From Bacteroidales bacterium (lineage in GTDB: Bacteria; Bacteroidota; Bacteroidia; Bacteroidales; JAADJA01): 64,000 nucleotides of DNA. The notes under the pieces were generated by a model. The model was not told the DNA's origin. It did not search any database and saw only the letters and a list, made by a program, of their open reading frames with translations. The stretch is from assembly GCA_016783885.1 (NCBI GenBank), contig JADHVR010000006.1, positions 6,539-70,538 of the forward strand, in the 5' to 3' direction. Of this stretch, positions 51,482-63,005 are shown piece after piece; positions within the stretch are counted from its first letter, which is position 1; every line of letters starts with the position of its first letter. The translations under genes were made by a program, and so were the position numbers.

Positions 51482-52174
51482 ATGTCGTACGTACTTTGTA
51501 TAAGGCCACAAGATAATACAACGAAATTTCTTGAGCGAATTCCTAACGCACTGGAAAACACTTTCCAGGAAATTGTTAAGTATATTAATATTGAACCAAG
51601 CGATCAAGCCCATGTTACATGCTATGATGAAATATTAAGAGTTCCAGAAGATGGATTTATTATCTTTTTAGGGCATGGAACAAGAGAATATTTACAGGGT
51701 GCCGTTATCAGGGGCTTTTCTAATGCTGGCTACGCTAAGCGCGAATTCATTAATTCCGATAATATAGATATATTCAAGGATAAAAAGGTTTTTTGTTTAT
51801 CCTGTTATTCATCAGATAAGTTGGGGGATATAGCCATAGAAAAAGGAGCTAAAACGTTCGTTGGTTTTGGAGAAATACCAACTGAGCTAAGCGAATTTGA
51901 AGAAGAACAAGAACAACCCTTGAAAAGAATTATAAGTGATTTTAAAGGCATAATCCAAGAAACTGTCAGGGAATCCCTAATATTTGCTTTGCATAACGAC
52001 TTGTCAATTAATCAAATGATTTTACATTTAAAGTTGTTGCTAAATAAAAAGCACGGGGATGTTATTATTAACCATAAAGGCAAACGAGATAGAAGGGAAT
52101 TAGGAGAATTTATTTATAAAATGAAAAAGCAAATTAAGGTTTTTGGGAATGGGGATTTTAAGGTAATTGGGTAA
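51482..52174 (+). CDS. Small caspase/CHAT-like protein (putative His-Cys dyad); hypothetical effector
   Basis: 230 aa. GFIIFLGHGT (His65 after a beta-strand) and KKVFCLSCYSSDKLGDIAIEKGAKTFVGFG (Cys108 after the next strand, then GA..V.G, as in CHAT domains). His-Cys spacing is about 43 residues. The ATG directly abuts the upstream TAA. Fold assignment is inference only. Confidence 0.4.
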   Translation: MSYVLCIRPQDNTTKFLERIPNALENTFQEIVKYINIEPSDQAHVTCYDEILRVPEDGFIIFLGHGTREYLQGAVIRGFSNAGYAKREFINSDNIDIFKDKKVFCLSCYSSDKLGDIAIEKGAKTFVGFGEIPTELSEFEEEQEQPLKRIISDFKGIIQETVRESLIFALHNDLSINQMILHLKLLLNKKHGDVIINHKGKRDRRELGEFIYKMKKQIKVFGNGDFKVIG

Positions 52175-52817
52175 TAAACTTACAGTTTTTATTAAGTGAA
52201 CACATCGGGCATTTAGGATCTCTTGCTTTGCAAATAGATGCTGCAAAATCAATTATAGCCCAATTAATTTCATATGAGTTTATGGAAGTTACAAGCTTGT
52301 GAGCTAAATCTTGTAAGTAAGGATCGTACCGAATATCAGATAGTTTTCTTTGGCCAAAATATCTTTCTATAACTCTAGCCATGTTAACATCTAAAAGAGG
52401 AGAAGACTTTTTTAAAATAAATAGTTCATAAGCATTAGTTATGTATTGACCCATCATTGGTAGTTCTTCAACTTCAGACCTTTCTTTTGGGAACCTACCT
52501 TTTCTTTTTTTTAATTCCTGAGCTAATTTAAATAATCTGGAACCTCTTTGTTTGTATAAGCCAATTGGTCTTAGGCTCTCTTGCAATTCTTCCTCTGTTG
52601 CATTTCCAAGTTGTTTCCAGGAAGGATATTTACGAATGAATTTTGGAAAAAATTTAGCTATAGTTACCGCTTTCGTTCTTTGTAATAATACCTCTGATAC
52701 AATTTTTTGGTAATTAGTAGCAGACTTATTCCTCCAAGGGAAATGCCTTCCGTTTTCTTTATACCAAGAAAGTAGTTTGGTTTGGAATTCAACAACTTGT
52801 TTATCGCTTATCGTCAT
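52158..52817 (-). CDS. HhH-GPD / [4Fe-4S] DNA glycosylase of the MutY-EndoIII family, Mig-like (candidate T:G mismatch glycosylase)
   Basis: ORF 52158-52859. Likely start MTISDKQ (ATG at 52815-52817). FPWR, LLQRT, HhH LPMMGQYITNAY with Tyr where EndoIII has Lys120, catalytic Asp in LLDVNMARV, Cys cluster CKARDPKCPMCSLNKNC. The 3' end overlaps the convergent gene by 17 nt. Confidence 0.7.
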   Translation of the reverse strand: MTISDKQVVEFQTKLLSWYKENGRHFPWRNKSATNYQKIVSEVLLQRTKAVTIAKFFPKFIRKYPSWKQLGNATEEELQESLRPIGLYKQRGSRLFKLAQELKKRKGRFPKERSEVEELPMMGQYITNAYELFILKKSSPLLDVNMARVIERYFGQRKLSDIRYDPYLQDLAHKLVTSINSYEINWAIIDFAASICKARDPKCPMCSLNKNCKFITQLP

Positions 52818-53360
52818 ATAACAAAAGTAATATGAATATTTCGAAAGTACGCCAACCAAAAAAAACCCATACCTTCATTTCATTCCAACAAATAAAACGG
52901 ACATGGGCTTGACCAGTAAAATAATTTCAATTCTTATATTTGAAGATGAATTAAATCTTTATTGAAAATTCACTGAGAGTTTATAGTAAAGATGAACCGG
53001 GTAAGGGAGCTATTGTCGCAGAATAGGAGATTGTTCAAATGGCAAAAATAACTTGACAGTTCAAAAAGAAGGTAACCGAAATGTAAACAGAAAAATTTGA
53101 TATACCAAACATTAAAGACAGTATATTTTAATGTTTGCTCGGTTTTTGGCATTAAATCATTTGAGGAATTATTAGCGATTGCCTTATGGGTGGATAATCC
53201 GGGCGCTAATAATTATAGGATTTGTAATCCGTTTTAGAATAAAGATATTCGTGGATTATAAATCCTTTGCTATTTCTTTTCGGATTATCCGGCGCTTTTT
53301 CCATCGCCTAAATCCGAAAAAGCTCTGGGATTTTGGCTCTTGGCTTTTACGTCTAACTAT

Positions 53361-55340
<1,980 letters not shown>

Positions 55341-55477
55341 TTAATTTTTTAAAGATGTGCAAAGATAATTATTCTTTTGGAGAAAAGCTATCGAAACAAC
55401 TTAAAAATCAACGTTTTTATTAACAAATTGTTGTTAAAAAAGTCTGGGATTGTTCAAAAAAATTTTATATAAAACAA

Positions 55478-56371
55478 TCAGAAGTATTTATACTCATATT
55501 TCAAAATATACTGCTGGTTAATTCCCTGCCCATGAAAATTGATAAACACTTTTGTTTCGATCACATTATTGTTTTCATTAAATTTTCGTTCGACTGAATT
55601 GTTGACTTCCCCTTCCTTATTTGTTTCAATCTGCTCAATGGCGTTTCCTCTTTCGTTATAAGTGATTTTGGTGGTATTTTGTCCGTAAGGAGTTTCTTCT
55701 GTAATTTTTATTAATTTACCGTTATCGTCATAATAATAACCGGCTTTGCCTGTTAATTCTTCTTTTTTGTTATACTGTCGTTGTTCTAAAAGATTTCCTT
55801 TTTCATCGAAAGTATTTCTGAATGTAACATTTTCTTCTTCGGCAAACCATACATTATGTTCTGTAATATTTCCCGAATCATCTAATTCAAATGTTTCCTT
55901 TTTCATCAGTTCGTCATACTCATATTCTTCTTTCAGTATCAGCTTCCCATCTTTATATTGAGCCGTATCCTTTGCCTCAATCTCACCATAAGAATCCACC
56001 GTTATCTTTTCTGTCAGATTTTGCTCAGCATCATATTTGTACTCGATGGTGTCTTTTGTCCTGTCCTGGTAATGCACGAATGATTTGATGATTTTTCCTT
56101 TTTCATCTCTTTCATACGTTTTATGTTCGGCAATTTCATTTTTATCCAAATAGCTGATCTCTTCGATAAGGTTGCCTTTTTCATCATACTTGTTTTCATA
56201 CTTATCTTCTATTTTGCCCGAAGAATCGTATTTTATTTCTAAAATCATATTGCCGTTTTTATCGAATTCCGAATGGCTGTATTTAGAGCCTTTCACTTCC
56301 GGTTGTTCTGCGTGGATGTTTTCGGCAACGTAATCGTACTTGTATAAAGTAGATGATTTGATTTTTCTCAT
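55478..56371 (-). CDS. Hypothetical repeat protein (YD/RHS-like short repeats)
   Basis: ORF 55478-56419. Likely start MRKIKSS. Repeated ~20-25-aa units with Y.YDEKGNLIEE-type cores. No signal peptide seen. Confidence 0.45.
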   Translation of the reverse strand: MRKIKSSTLYKYDYVAENIHAEQPEVKGSKYSHSEFDKNGNMILEIKYDSSGKIEDKYENKYDEKGNLIEEISYLDKNEIAEHKTYERDEKGKIIKSFVHYQDRTKDTIEYKYDAEQNLTEKITVDSYGEIEAKDTAQYKDGKLILKEEYEYDELMKKETFELDDSGNITEHNVWFAEEENVTFRNTFDEKGNLLEQRQYNKKEELTGKAGYYYDDNGKLIKITEETPYGQNTTKITYNERGNAIEQIETNKEGEVNNSVERKFNENNNVIETKVFINFHGQGINQQYILKYEYKYF

Positions 56372-56523
56372 GTGCTTAAAAATTTGTAATATATTAACTG
56401 TTTGCCACTTACATTCCAATCATCCCCCGCTGTGTCTCAATATAAAAAAACATAAGTGTTTCATAATTATATTAAATTATAAATTAATTTTGGCAATGAT
56501 ATAAAATTTAAATTTAAGTTACT

Positions 56524-58659
56524 ATGAAAAGATTTAATTATTTAATTATTCTAATTGCTTTTGCATTTATGACAAGTTGCGAACAACAGCAAAAAAAGAT
56601 TGTTACCGCCCCTTATCCGGCAACAAACAAAGTTGACCAGACAGATGATTACTTCGGAACAATAGTTGCCGACCCATACCGCTGGCTCGAAGATGATAAC
56701 TCTGAAGAAACTGCTGAGTGGGTCAAAGCGGAAAATGAAGTTACCTTCGCTTATCTCGAACAAATTCCATTCAGGAATAAGGTTAAAGAAAGACTGAAAC
56801 AAATTTGGGATTACGCAAAATACAGTGTGCCTTTTAAAAGAGGCAATAAGTATTTCTTCTTTAAAAACGATGGAATGCAAAACCAGTATGTCCTCTATAT
56901 TCAGGACGATCTGGAAGCCGAACCAGAAGTATTTCTCGACCCGAACGAATTTTCGGAAGACGGAACTGTAGCTTTGTCAAATCTGGCAGTAAGCAAGGAT
57001 GGTAAATATCTTGCTTATGGTATTGCACAGTCGGGTTCCGACTGGAATGAGCTTTTTGTTATGGATGTGGAAACAAAGAAACAATTAGACGATCACTTAG
57101 AATGGGTCAAATTTTCAGGCATTTCGTGGAAAGACGACGGGTTTTATTACAGTCGCTATGATGAACCCGGAGAAGGTGAAGAGCTTTCGGGAAAAAACGA
57201 ATATCATAAAGTTTATTACCACAAAATCGGCACACCGCAAAGCGAAGATGTCTTGATCTATAAAAATGATGAATACCCGCTTCGAAATTATTACGGAGGA
57301 ACAACAGAGGATGAATCATTCCTTATCATAAGTGAATCGGAAAGCACCAGCGGGAATGTTCTGTATGTGAAAAAGCCGGATGGAAGTAATAAAGATTTTA
57401 TACGAATAACTCCTGATAATTTCGACAATGAATATAACGTAATCGATAACCTGAATGACAAGCTGTTGATCATGACTAATGAGGATGCACCCAAATGGCA
57501 GCTTGTTTTAGTTGACCCTGCAAATCCTTCTAAAGAAAACTGGCAGATAATTATCCCTGAGAAAGAAGAAGTATTACAGACAATTTCATTAATAGGTGGA
57601 AAAATTGTTGCCGAATACATGAAAGACGCCACAAGCAAAGCGTCTATCTATACCTTTGACGGCACATATCTTGATGATCTTGAAATACCAGGCATTGGTT
57701 CTTTGTCGGGTTTGAGAGGCAAAAAAGATGAAGACCTTGCGTTTTACGGCTTTACATCTTTTACATTTCCGTCTGCCGTGTATAAATACGACATCTCCAC
57801 AAATTCATCGGAGATTTACACGCGTTCTGAAATCGACTTTGATGTGGATGCCTACGAAACCAAGCAGGTTTTTTATGAAAGTAAAGACGGAACAAAAATC
57901 CCGATGTTCCTGGTATATAAAAAAGGCATGAAAATGAATGGCAAAAATCCAACATACCTATACGGATATGGCGGGTTTAATATCAGCCTGACACCGAGTT
58001 TCAGACTGGGCAGGTTGATACTGCTGGAAAACGGTTTTGTATTTGCCATGCCGAACCTCCGCGGTGGAGGAGAATATGGCAAAGAATGGCACAAAGCAGG
58101 TACTAAACTGCAAAGGCATAATGTATATGATGATTTTATAGCTGCAGCAGAATATTTAATTAAAGAAGGTTACACTTGCTCTGATAAGCTGGCTATTGCA
58201 GGCGGTTCTAACGGAGGACTGCTGGTTGCCGCCTGTATGATACAACAACCCGACCTGTTTAAAGTGGCTTTGCCTGCTGTCGGTGTATTAGATATGTTGC
58301 GTTACCACAAATTTACAATAGGCTGGGCATGGGCTTCGGATTATGGTACAAGCGAGGACAACGAGGAGATGTTTAGATATTTGTATAAATATTCTCCTTT
58401 ACACGCTTTAAAAGATGGTGTTGAATATCCTGCAACCTTCATAACTACTGCCGATCATGACGACAGGGTTGTGCCTGCACATTCATTTAAGTTTGCAGCA
58501 ACCTTACAGGAAAAACAGACCGGCGACAATCCTGTTTTAATAAGAATTGACGTAAAGGCAGGTCATGGCGGCGGAAAACCAACAGCAAAAGTGATAGAAG
58601 AATATGCAGATGAATGGTCGTTTATGATGTATAATTTGGGAGTGGAGCCGGAGTATTAA
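56524..58659 (+). CDS. Prolyl oligopeptidase (S9A family)
   Basis: 711 aa. Lipoprotein-like signal (..FMTSC). DPYRWLED N-terminus, beta-propeller region, catalytic GGSNGGLL, DHDDRV and GHGGGKP. Confidence 0.9.
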   Translation: MKRFNYLIILIAFAFMTSCEQQQKKIVTAPYPATNKVDQTDDYFGTIVADPYRWLEDDNSEETAEWVKAENEVTFAYLEQIPFRNKVKERLKQIWDYAKYSVPFKRGNKYFFFKNDGMQNQYVLYIQDDLEAEPEVFLDPNEFSEDGTVALSNLAVSKDGKYLAYGIAQSGSDWNELFVMDVETKKQLDDHLEWVKFSGISWKDDGFYYSRYDEPGEGEELSGKNEYHKVYYHKIGTPQSEDVLIYKNDEYPLRNYYGGTTEDESFLIISESESTSGNVLYVKKPDGSNKDFIRITPDNFDNEYNVIDNLNDKLLIMTNEDAPKWQLVLVDPANPSKENWQIIIPEKEEVLQTISLIGGKIVAEYMKDATSKASIYTFDGTYLDDLEIPGIGSLSGLRGKKDEDLAFYGFTSFTFPSAVYKYDISTNSSEIYTRSEIDFDVDAYETKQVFYESKDGTKIPMFLVYKKGMKMNGKNPTYLYGYGGFNISLTPSFRLGRLILLENGFVFAMPNLRGGGEYGKEWHKAGTKLQRHNVYDDFIAAAEYLIKEGYTCSDKLAIAGGSNGGLLVAACMIQQPDLFKVALPAVGVLDMLRYHKFTIGWAWASDYGTSEDNEEMFRYLYKYSPLHALKDGVEYPATFITTADHDDRVVPAHSFKFAATLQEKQTGDNPVLIRIDVKAGHGGGKPTAKVIEEYADEWSFMMYNLGVEPEY

Positions 58660-58697
58660 AAGATATTGAAGAGAAATAAAAAAATTCTTATAACTTC

Positions 58698-59894
58698 TTG
58701 ATAAACAAAAAAGTCATCATCGGTCTTTCAGGTGGAGTGGACTCCAGCGTGGCTGCATATCTTCTACAAAAGCAAGGCTACGATGTGGAAGCCTTATTTA
58801 TGATCAACTGGAAGGACAGCAGCGTTACACTTTCGGGTGATTGCTCATGGGAGGAAGATATCATTATTGCAAAATTAGTGGCTAAAAAACTGAGGATTCC
58901 CTTGCATGTAGTCGATTCCAGCAAGGAATACATGGCAAAAGTGGTGGATTATATGTTCTTGGAATATCAGAAAGGCAGAACGCCAAATCCTGACGTATTA
59001 TGTAACCGCGATATCAAATTCGATGTTTTTATTGATAAAGCCCGTGAAATCAGGGCTGATTATTTTGCAACAGGTCATTATTGCAGGAAAGAAGAAATTC
59101 AAAAGGACGGTAAAATAATTTACAGACTTCTTGCCGGCAGCGACCCGAATAAAGACCAGAGTTATTTCCTGTGCCAGTTATCGCAGGAGCAGATCAAAGA
59201 TGCCCTTTTCCCTGTTGGCTATCTCCTGAAACCGGAAGTAAGAAAAATAGCAAAGGAACTTGACATGGCTTCTGCGTATAAAAAGGATTCGCAGGGAATC
59301 TGTTTTGTGGGGAAAGTGGACCTGCCAACCTTTTTACAGCAGAAGCTCCAGCCAAAGAAAGGCGATATTATTGAAATCCCGAAAAAAAATGTTCCTGATG
59401 AAATTGCCCTGGCAGAAAAATCGGGTTCGGAAGAAGAAAAGCTGAAAATCATGACTGCGGAAAGGCAATACCAACCTGAAGACGGAATAATTGTCGGACA
59501 GCATAACGGGGCGCATTATTTTACTATCGGGCAGAGGAAAGGATTAGACGTGGGCGGCACACCGGAACCATTATTTGTAATTGCCACTAATATTGAAAAA
59601 AACATCATTTATGTCGGGCATGGTAAAAATCATCCGGGATTATTCAGGAAAGGATTATATATTAAACATAACAATATTCATTGGATTCGCCCCGATTTAG
59701 AACTCAAACCCGGAAAAAGTAACAGGTACAGTGTCCGTATCCGTTATCGCCAGGAATTGCAGGATGCTACTATTTACAGATTGGAGGATGGGCTTTATAT
59801 TGTCTTTGACAAATTGCAAAGAGGTATCACTTCCGGGCAGTTTGCAGCATGGTATAAAGATGATGAACTGTTAGGGTCGGGGGCAATAGAGTAA
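58698..59894 (+). CDS. mnmA: tRNA 2-thiouridine(34) synthase
   Basis: PP-loop [37 protein letters not shown]. Confidence 0.9.
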   Translation: MINKKVIIGLSGGVDSSVAAYLLQKQGYDVEALFMINWKDSSVTLSGDCSWEEDIIIAKLVAKKLRIPLHVVDSSKEYMAKVVDYMFLEYQKGRTPNPDVLCNRDIKFDVFIDKAREIRADYFATGHYCRKEEIQKDGKIIYRLLAGSDPNKDQSYFLCQLSQEQIKDALFPVGYLLKPEVRKIAKELDMASAYKKDSQGICFVGKVDLPTFLQQKLQPKKGDIIEIPKKNVPDEIALAEKSGSEEEKLKIMTAERQYQPEDGIIVGQHNGAHYFTIGQRKGLDVGGTPEPLFVIATNIEKNIIYVGHGKNHPGLFRKGLYIKHNNIHWIRPDLELKPGKSNRYSVRIRYRQELQDATIYRLEDGLYIVFDKLQRGITSGQFAAWYKDDELLGSGAIE

Positions 59895-59991
59895 TACAGG
59901 AAATATTTTATTTTTAATATTTTAATAATAATGGATACTGTTTTTTTATTACAAAAAGTTGTATAATTTTGCTTGCAAAAAATTTGAAAAT

Positions 59992-61842
59992 ATGAAACTT
60001 GAAAAAATTCTTAACAGATTAAATTCATTTGAAAAAAATTCATTTCTGAAAATCGTTGACAATATTATAGCCAACAATCCAAGAAAATCAAAAGAAATTG
60101 AGATAATACTCAGTGACTCAAACAAAGATCTAAAAAACGCTGACAACCTTAATGTTGCGAAAGTATTTAACCTCATAGAAAGAGAATTTTCAGAATACTT
60201 AAAAACCGAGTTTGCTAATACAACATCGCAACTTGATATTTTAGTTGATATTGTTATAAGAGATGGCAACTGCATAATGTCAAGAGAATGGTTTAACAAA
60301 CTATATGAAAACGAATTAAAGCAATTAAATGTAAAATTAAAGGAATTCAAAACAACCATTTCAAGTAATAAAGCAGACATTGAGGCAGATAGGTTGAGAG
60401 ATTATAGAATTTATAACGCTTGCATTCATACAGCATATTGGAACGATCAGGAAAACAATCTGGAACCTAAAATAACTAATGACGAACAATCAATTCTTCT
60501 TACTCTTGCAAAACAGTTAGAACTTTCACAAGAAGAAATAAAACTTATAAATTACTCTATTCTACCTATTAATAAACAGGATATTGATAAAATAATCAAC
60601 GACTTAAAAATTAAAGGATTACTATTTTACTCAAAGAAAAATCATACTGTTTACATTGCTGATGAAATTGTAAAAATTTTAAGAAAAGTAAGAGGGAAAG
60701 AAGTTGCTGACAAGTTCTTCCGACGTGTTCTTCGATTATTAAAAGACCCTCAAATTAATCTGGTATGTAAGAAACATAATATTAGCTTGAAACTTCCAAG
60801 AGAAGAAAAAATAAAGGAAATAATAAAAAAAGGAACATCGTTCTCCCGAGTCCTTCAAAATGAAATATTTCGGGACGGAATAAAAGTAACTGAGAAAAAG
60901 ATTTTTATTAATGCGCTTATCGACAAAGGACTAAAAATAACTCCTGCACTGAAGGGCGCAACAATCGAGGACAAAACCAATAATCTTATCCAATACTTTG
61001 AAGATATTGAAAAAGATGACAAAGTTGGTATTGCCATTGACGGTTATGAAAAATTACTTCTTGAACTTCATGAGACTTTACCAAAATTGAACGCTATTGT
61101 AAAAGAAGAATTTGAATTACAGAAAGAAAATACTTTAAAAAGTAATTATCTTTTGGATTATAATATTAAACCAAGAGATATTTTAGAATTAATTGATGAC
61201 AAAGACCTTGAAAATTTTTGTAAAACAAAATCATTAAAAGTTAGAGGCAATAAGATTTTCAATATTTTAGAGGCATACGAAGATGCTGATAATTTATACT
61301 TTGAGAATTTTGAAAATATTGGCTTCAGAAATTTAGCTGCATTAAAGGAAAACGGAATACAACTAAAAGAAAGTGAATTAGGAATAAAATTTGAAGACTT
61401 GACAAAATCTATATTTTCCATGTTAGGCTTTAAGGTTGATGAAGGTCTTAGAAAAAAATTAAACACTAAAAAGAATAAAATTGACATTCTCCTGAATTTA
61501 GATAATAATGAATTAATAATAATTGAATGTAAGACAGTAAAAGAGAGTGGTTACAATAAATTCAGTTCTGTATCCCGTCAAATAAAATCATATTTTGAAT
61601 TAGCACAGGCTAATGATTACAAAGTAATAAAATCACTACTTGTTACTCCCGATTTTAGCGATGATTTTATAAATGACTGTGAACTCGAATATGAACTAAA
61701 TCTTTCTTTGATAACAGCAGCTTCGCTTATTAAAATTTTAGAGGGCTTTAAAGACTCAAAGCTCAAAAAATTACCTTACAATCTACTTATGAGAGATGTA
61801 TTAATAAAGGAGGACAGGATATTAAAAGCAATAAACAAATAA
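59992..61842 (+). CDS. Hypothetical 616-aa protein with C-terminal PD-(D/E)xK (Mrr-cat-like) nuclease domain and SAP-like helix-extended-helix motifs
   Basis: ORF 59959-61842; ATG 59992 preferred. C-terminus: FEDLTKSIFSMLGF ... KIDILLNLDNNELIIIECKT (D...E-x-K) ... QIKSY. Two SAP-like segments (LVCKKHNISLKLPREEKIKEII and FCKTKSLKVRGNKIFNILEAY). Confidence 0.5.
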   Translation: MKLEKILNRLNSFEKNSFLKIVDNIIANNPRKSKEIEIILSDSNKDLKNADNLNVAKVFNLIEREFSEYLKTEFANTTSQLDILVDIVIRDGNCIMSREWFNKLYENELKQLNVKLKEFKTTISSNKADIEADRLRDYRIYNACIHTAYWNDQENNLEPKITNDEQSILLTLAKQLELSQEEIKLINYSILPINKQDIDKIINDLKIKGLLFYSKKNHTVYIADEIVKILRKVRGKEVADKFFRRVLRLLKDPQINLVCKKHNISLKLPREEKIKEIIKKGTSFSRVLQNEIFRDGIKVTEKKIFINALIDKGLKITPALKGATIEDKTNNLIQYFEDIEKDDKVGIAIDGYEKLLLELHETLPKLNAIVKEEFELQKENTLKSNYLLDYNIKPRDILELIDDKDLENFCKTKSLKVRGNKIFNILEAYEDADNLYFENFENIGFRNLAALKENGIQLKESELGIKFEDLTKSIFSMLGFKVDEGLRKKLNTKKNKIDILLNLDNNELIIIECKTVKESGYNKFSSVSRQIKSYFELAQANDYKVIKSLLVTPDFSDDFINDCELEYELNLSLITAASLIKILEGFKDSKLKKLPYNLLMRDVLIKEDRILKAINK

Positions 61843-61947
61843 AATGAAACGAATATTTCTGAATGATAAATTTATTTTGTTTTGAGCAATATTAAATATT
61901 ATTTCTAAATTAGCCCTGTTTATTTTTAATTTAAAATAATTAATATT

Positions 61948-62967
61948 ATGGAAAAAATAGATTGGGGGAAACTACCCTTTGGTTATTTCAAAACCGATTA
62001 TAATGTAAGATGTTATTACAAAGACGGAAAATGGGGTGAGATTGAGGTCTCGTCATCAGAGTATATCAACATTCATATTGCTGCCACTTGTTTGCATTAC
62101 GGGCAGGAATGTTTTGAAGGGATGAAAGTGTTCAGAGGAAAGGATGGAAAGATAAGGGTTTTCAGATGGGAAAAAAACGCCAAAAGGATGCAACGTTCGT
62201 GCCATGGTATTATGATGGCTGAGCCGCCTGTTGAATTGTTTAAAGAAATGATGATTAAAGTAATTAAATTGAATAAAAACCATATTCCTCTTCCGGGATT
62301 GGGTGCATCATTATACTTAAGACCGCTATTAATCGGTTCGGGAGCACAAGTTGGGATAAAACCTGCAAATGAATATTTGTTCGTGATATTTGTTGGTCCG
62401 GTAGGTCCGTATTTCAAGGAAGGTTTTAATCCTGTTGATGTACAGATAGTAAAAGATTACGACCGTACAGCACCTCAGGGCACCGGTCATATTAAGGTTG
62501 GCGGTAATTATGCAGCCAGCTTAAGACCTGCTGAAAGGGCTAAACAGGAAGGATTCTCTACCGTGTTATTCTTAGATTCGAAAGAAAACAAATACATTGA
62601 TGAAGCAGGTCCTGCTAATTTCTTTGGTATTAAAGGTAACACTTATATTACACCCGATTCTAGTACTATTCTTCTTTCCATTACCAATATGAGCCTTCGG
62701 ACTTTAGCTGAAGATATGAATATGAAAGTTGAAAAGCGACCGGTGCACATAGACGAACTGGCAGAGTTTGATGAAGTGGGCGCCTGCGGAACGGCTGCCG
62801 TGATTTCACCCATAAAAAAGATAGTTGACCGTGAAACCGGAAAAGTTTATGAATATTGCAAAGATGGGAAAGCCGGACCCATTTCAACAAAACTGTATAA
62901 TACCCTGAAAGGAATACAGGAAGGTGAAATTGAAGATAAGCACGGGTGGAATATGATTATTGAGTAA
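61948..62967 (+). CDS. ilvE: Branched-chain amino acid aminotransferase (fold type IV)
   Basis: 339 aa. LHYGQECFEGMKVFR, LYLRPL, GG.K..GNY, EAGPANFF and GACGTAAV are typical of IlvE. Confidence 0.85.
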   Translation: MEKIDWGKLPFGYFKTDYNVRCYYKDGKWGEIEVSSSEYINIHIAATCLHYGQECFEGMKVFRGKDGKIRVFRWEKNAKRMQRSCHGIMMAEPPVELFKEMMIKVIKLNKNHIPLPGLGASLYLRPLLIGSGAQVGIKPANEYLFVIFVGPVGPYFKEGFNPVDVQIVKDYDRTAPQGTGHIKVGGNYAASLRPAERAKQEGFSTVLFLDSKENKYIDEAGPANFFGIKGNTYITPDSSTILLSITNMSLRTLAEDMNMKVEKRPVHIDELAEFDEVGACGTAAVISPIKKIVDRETGKVYEYCKDGKAGPISTKLYNTLKGIQEGEIEDKHGWNMIIE

Positions 62968-63005
62968 ACCGCGGGGCATTAGTGCAGAATCTGATGTTTA
63001 ATTTA

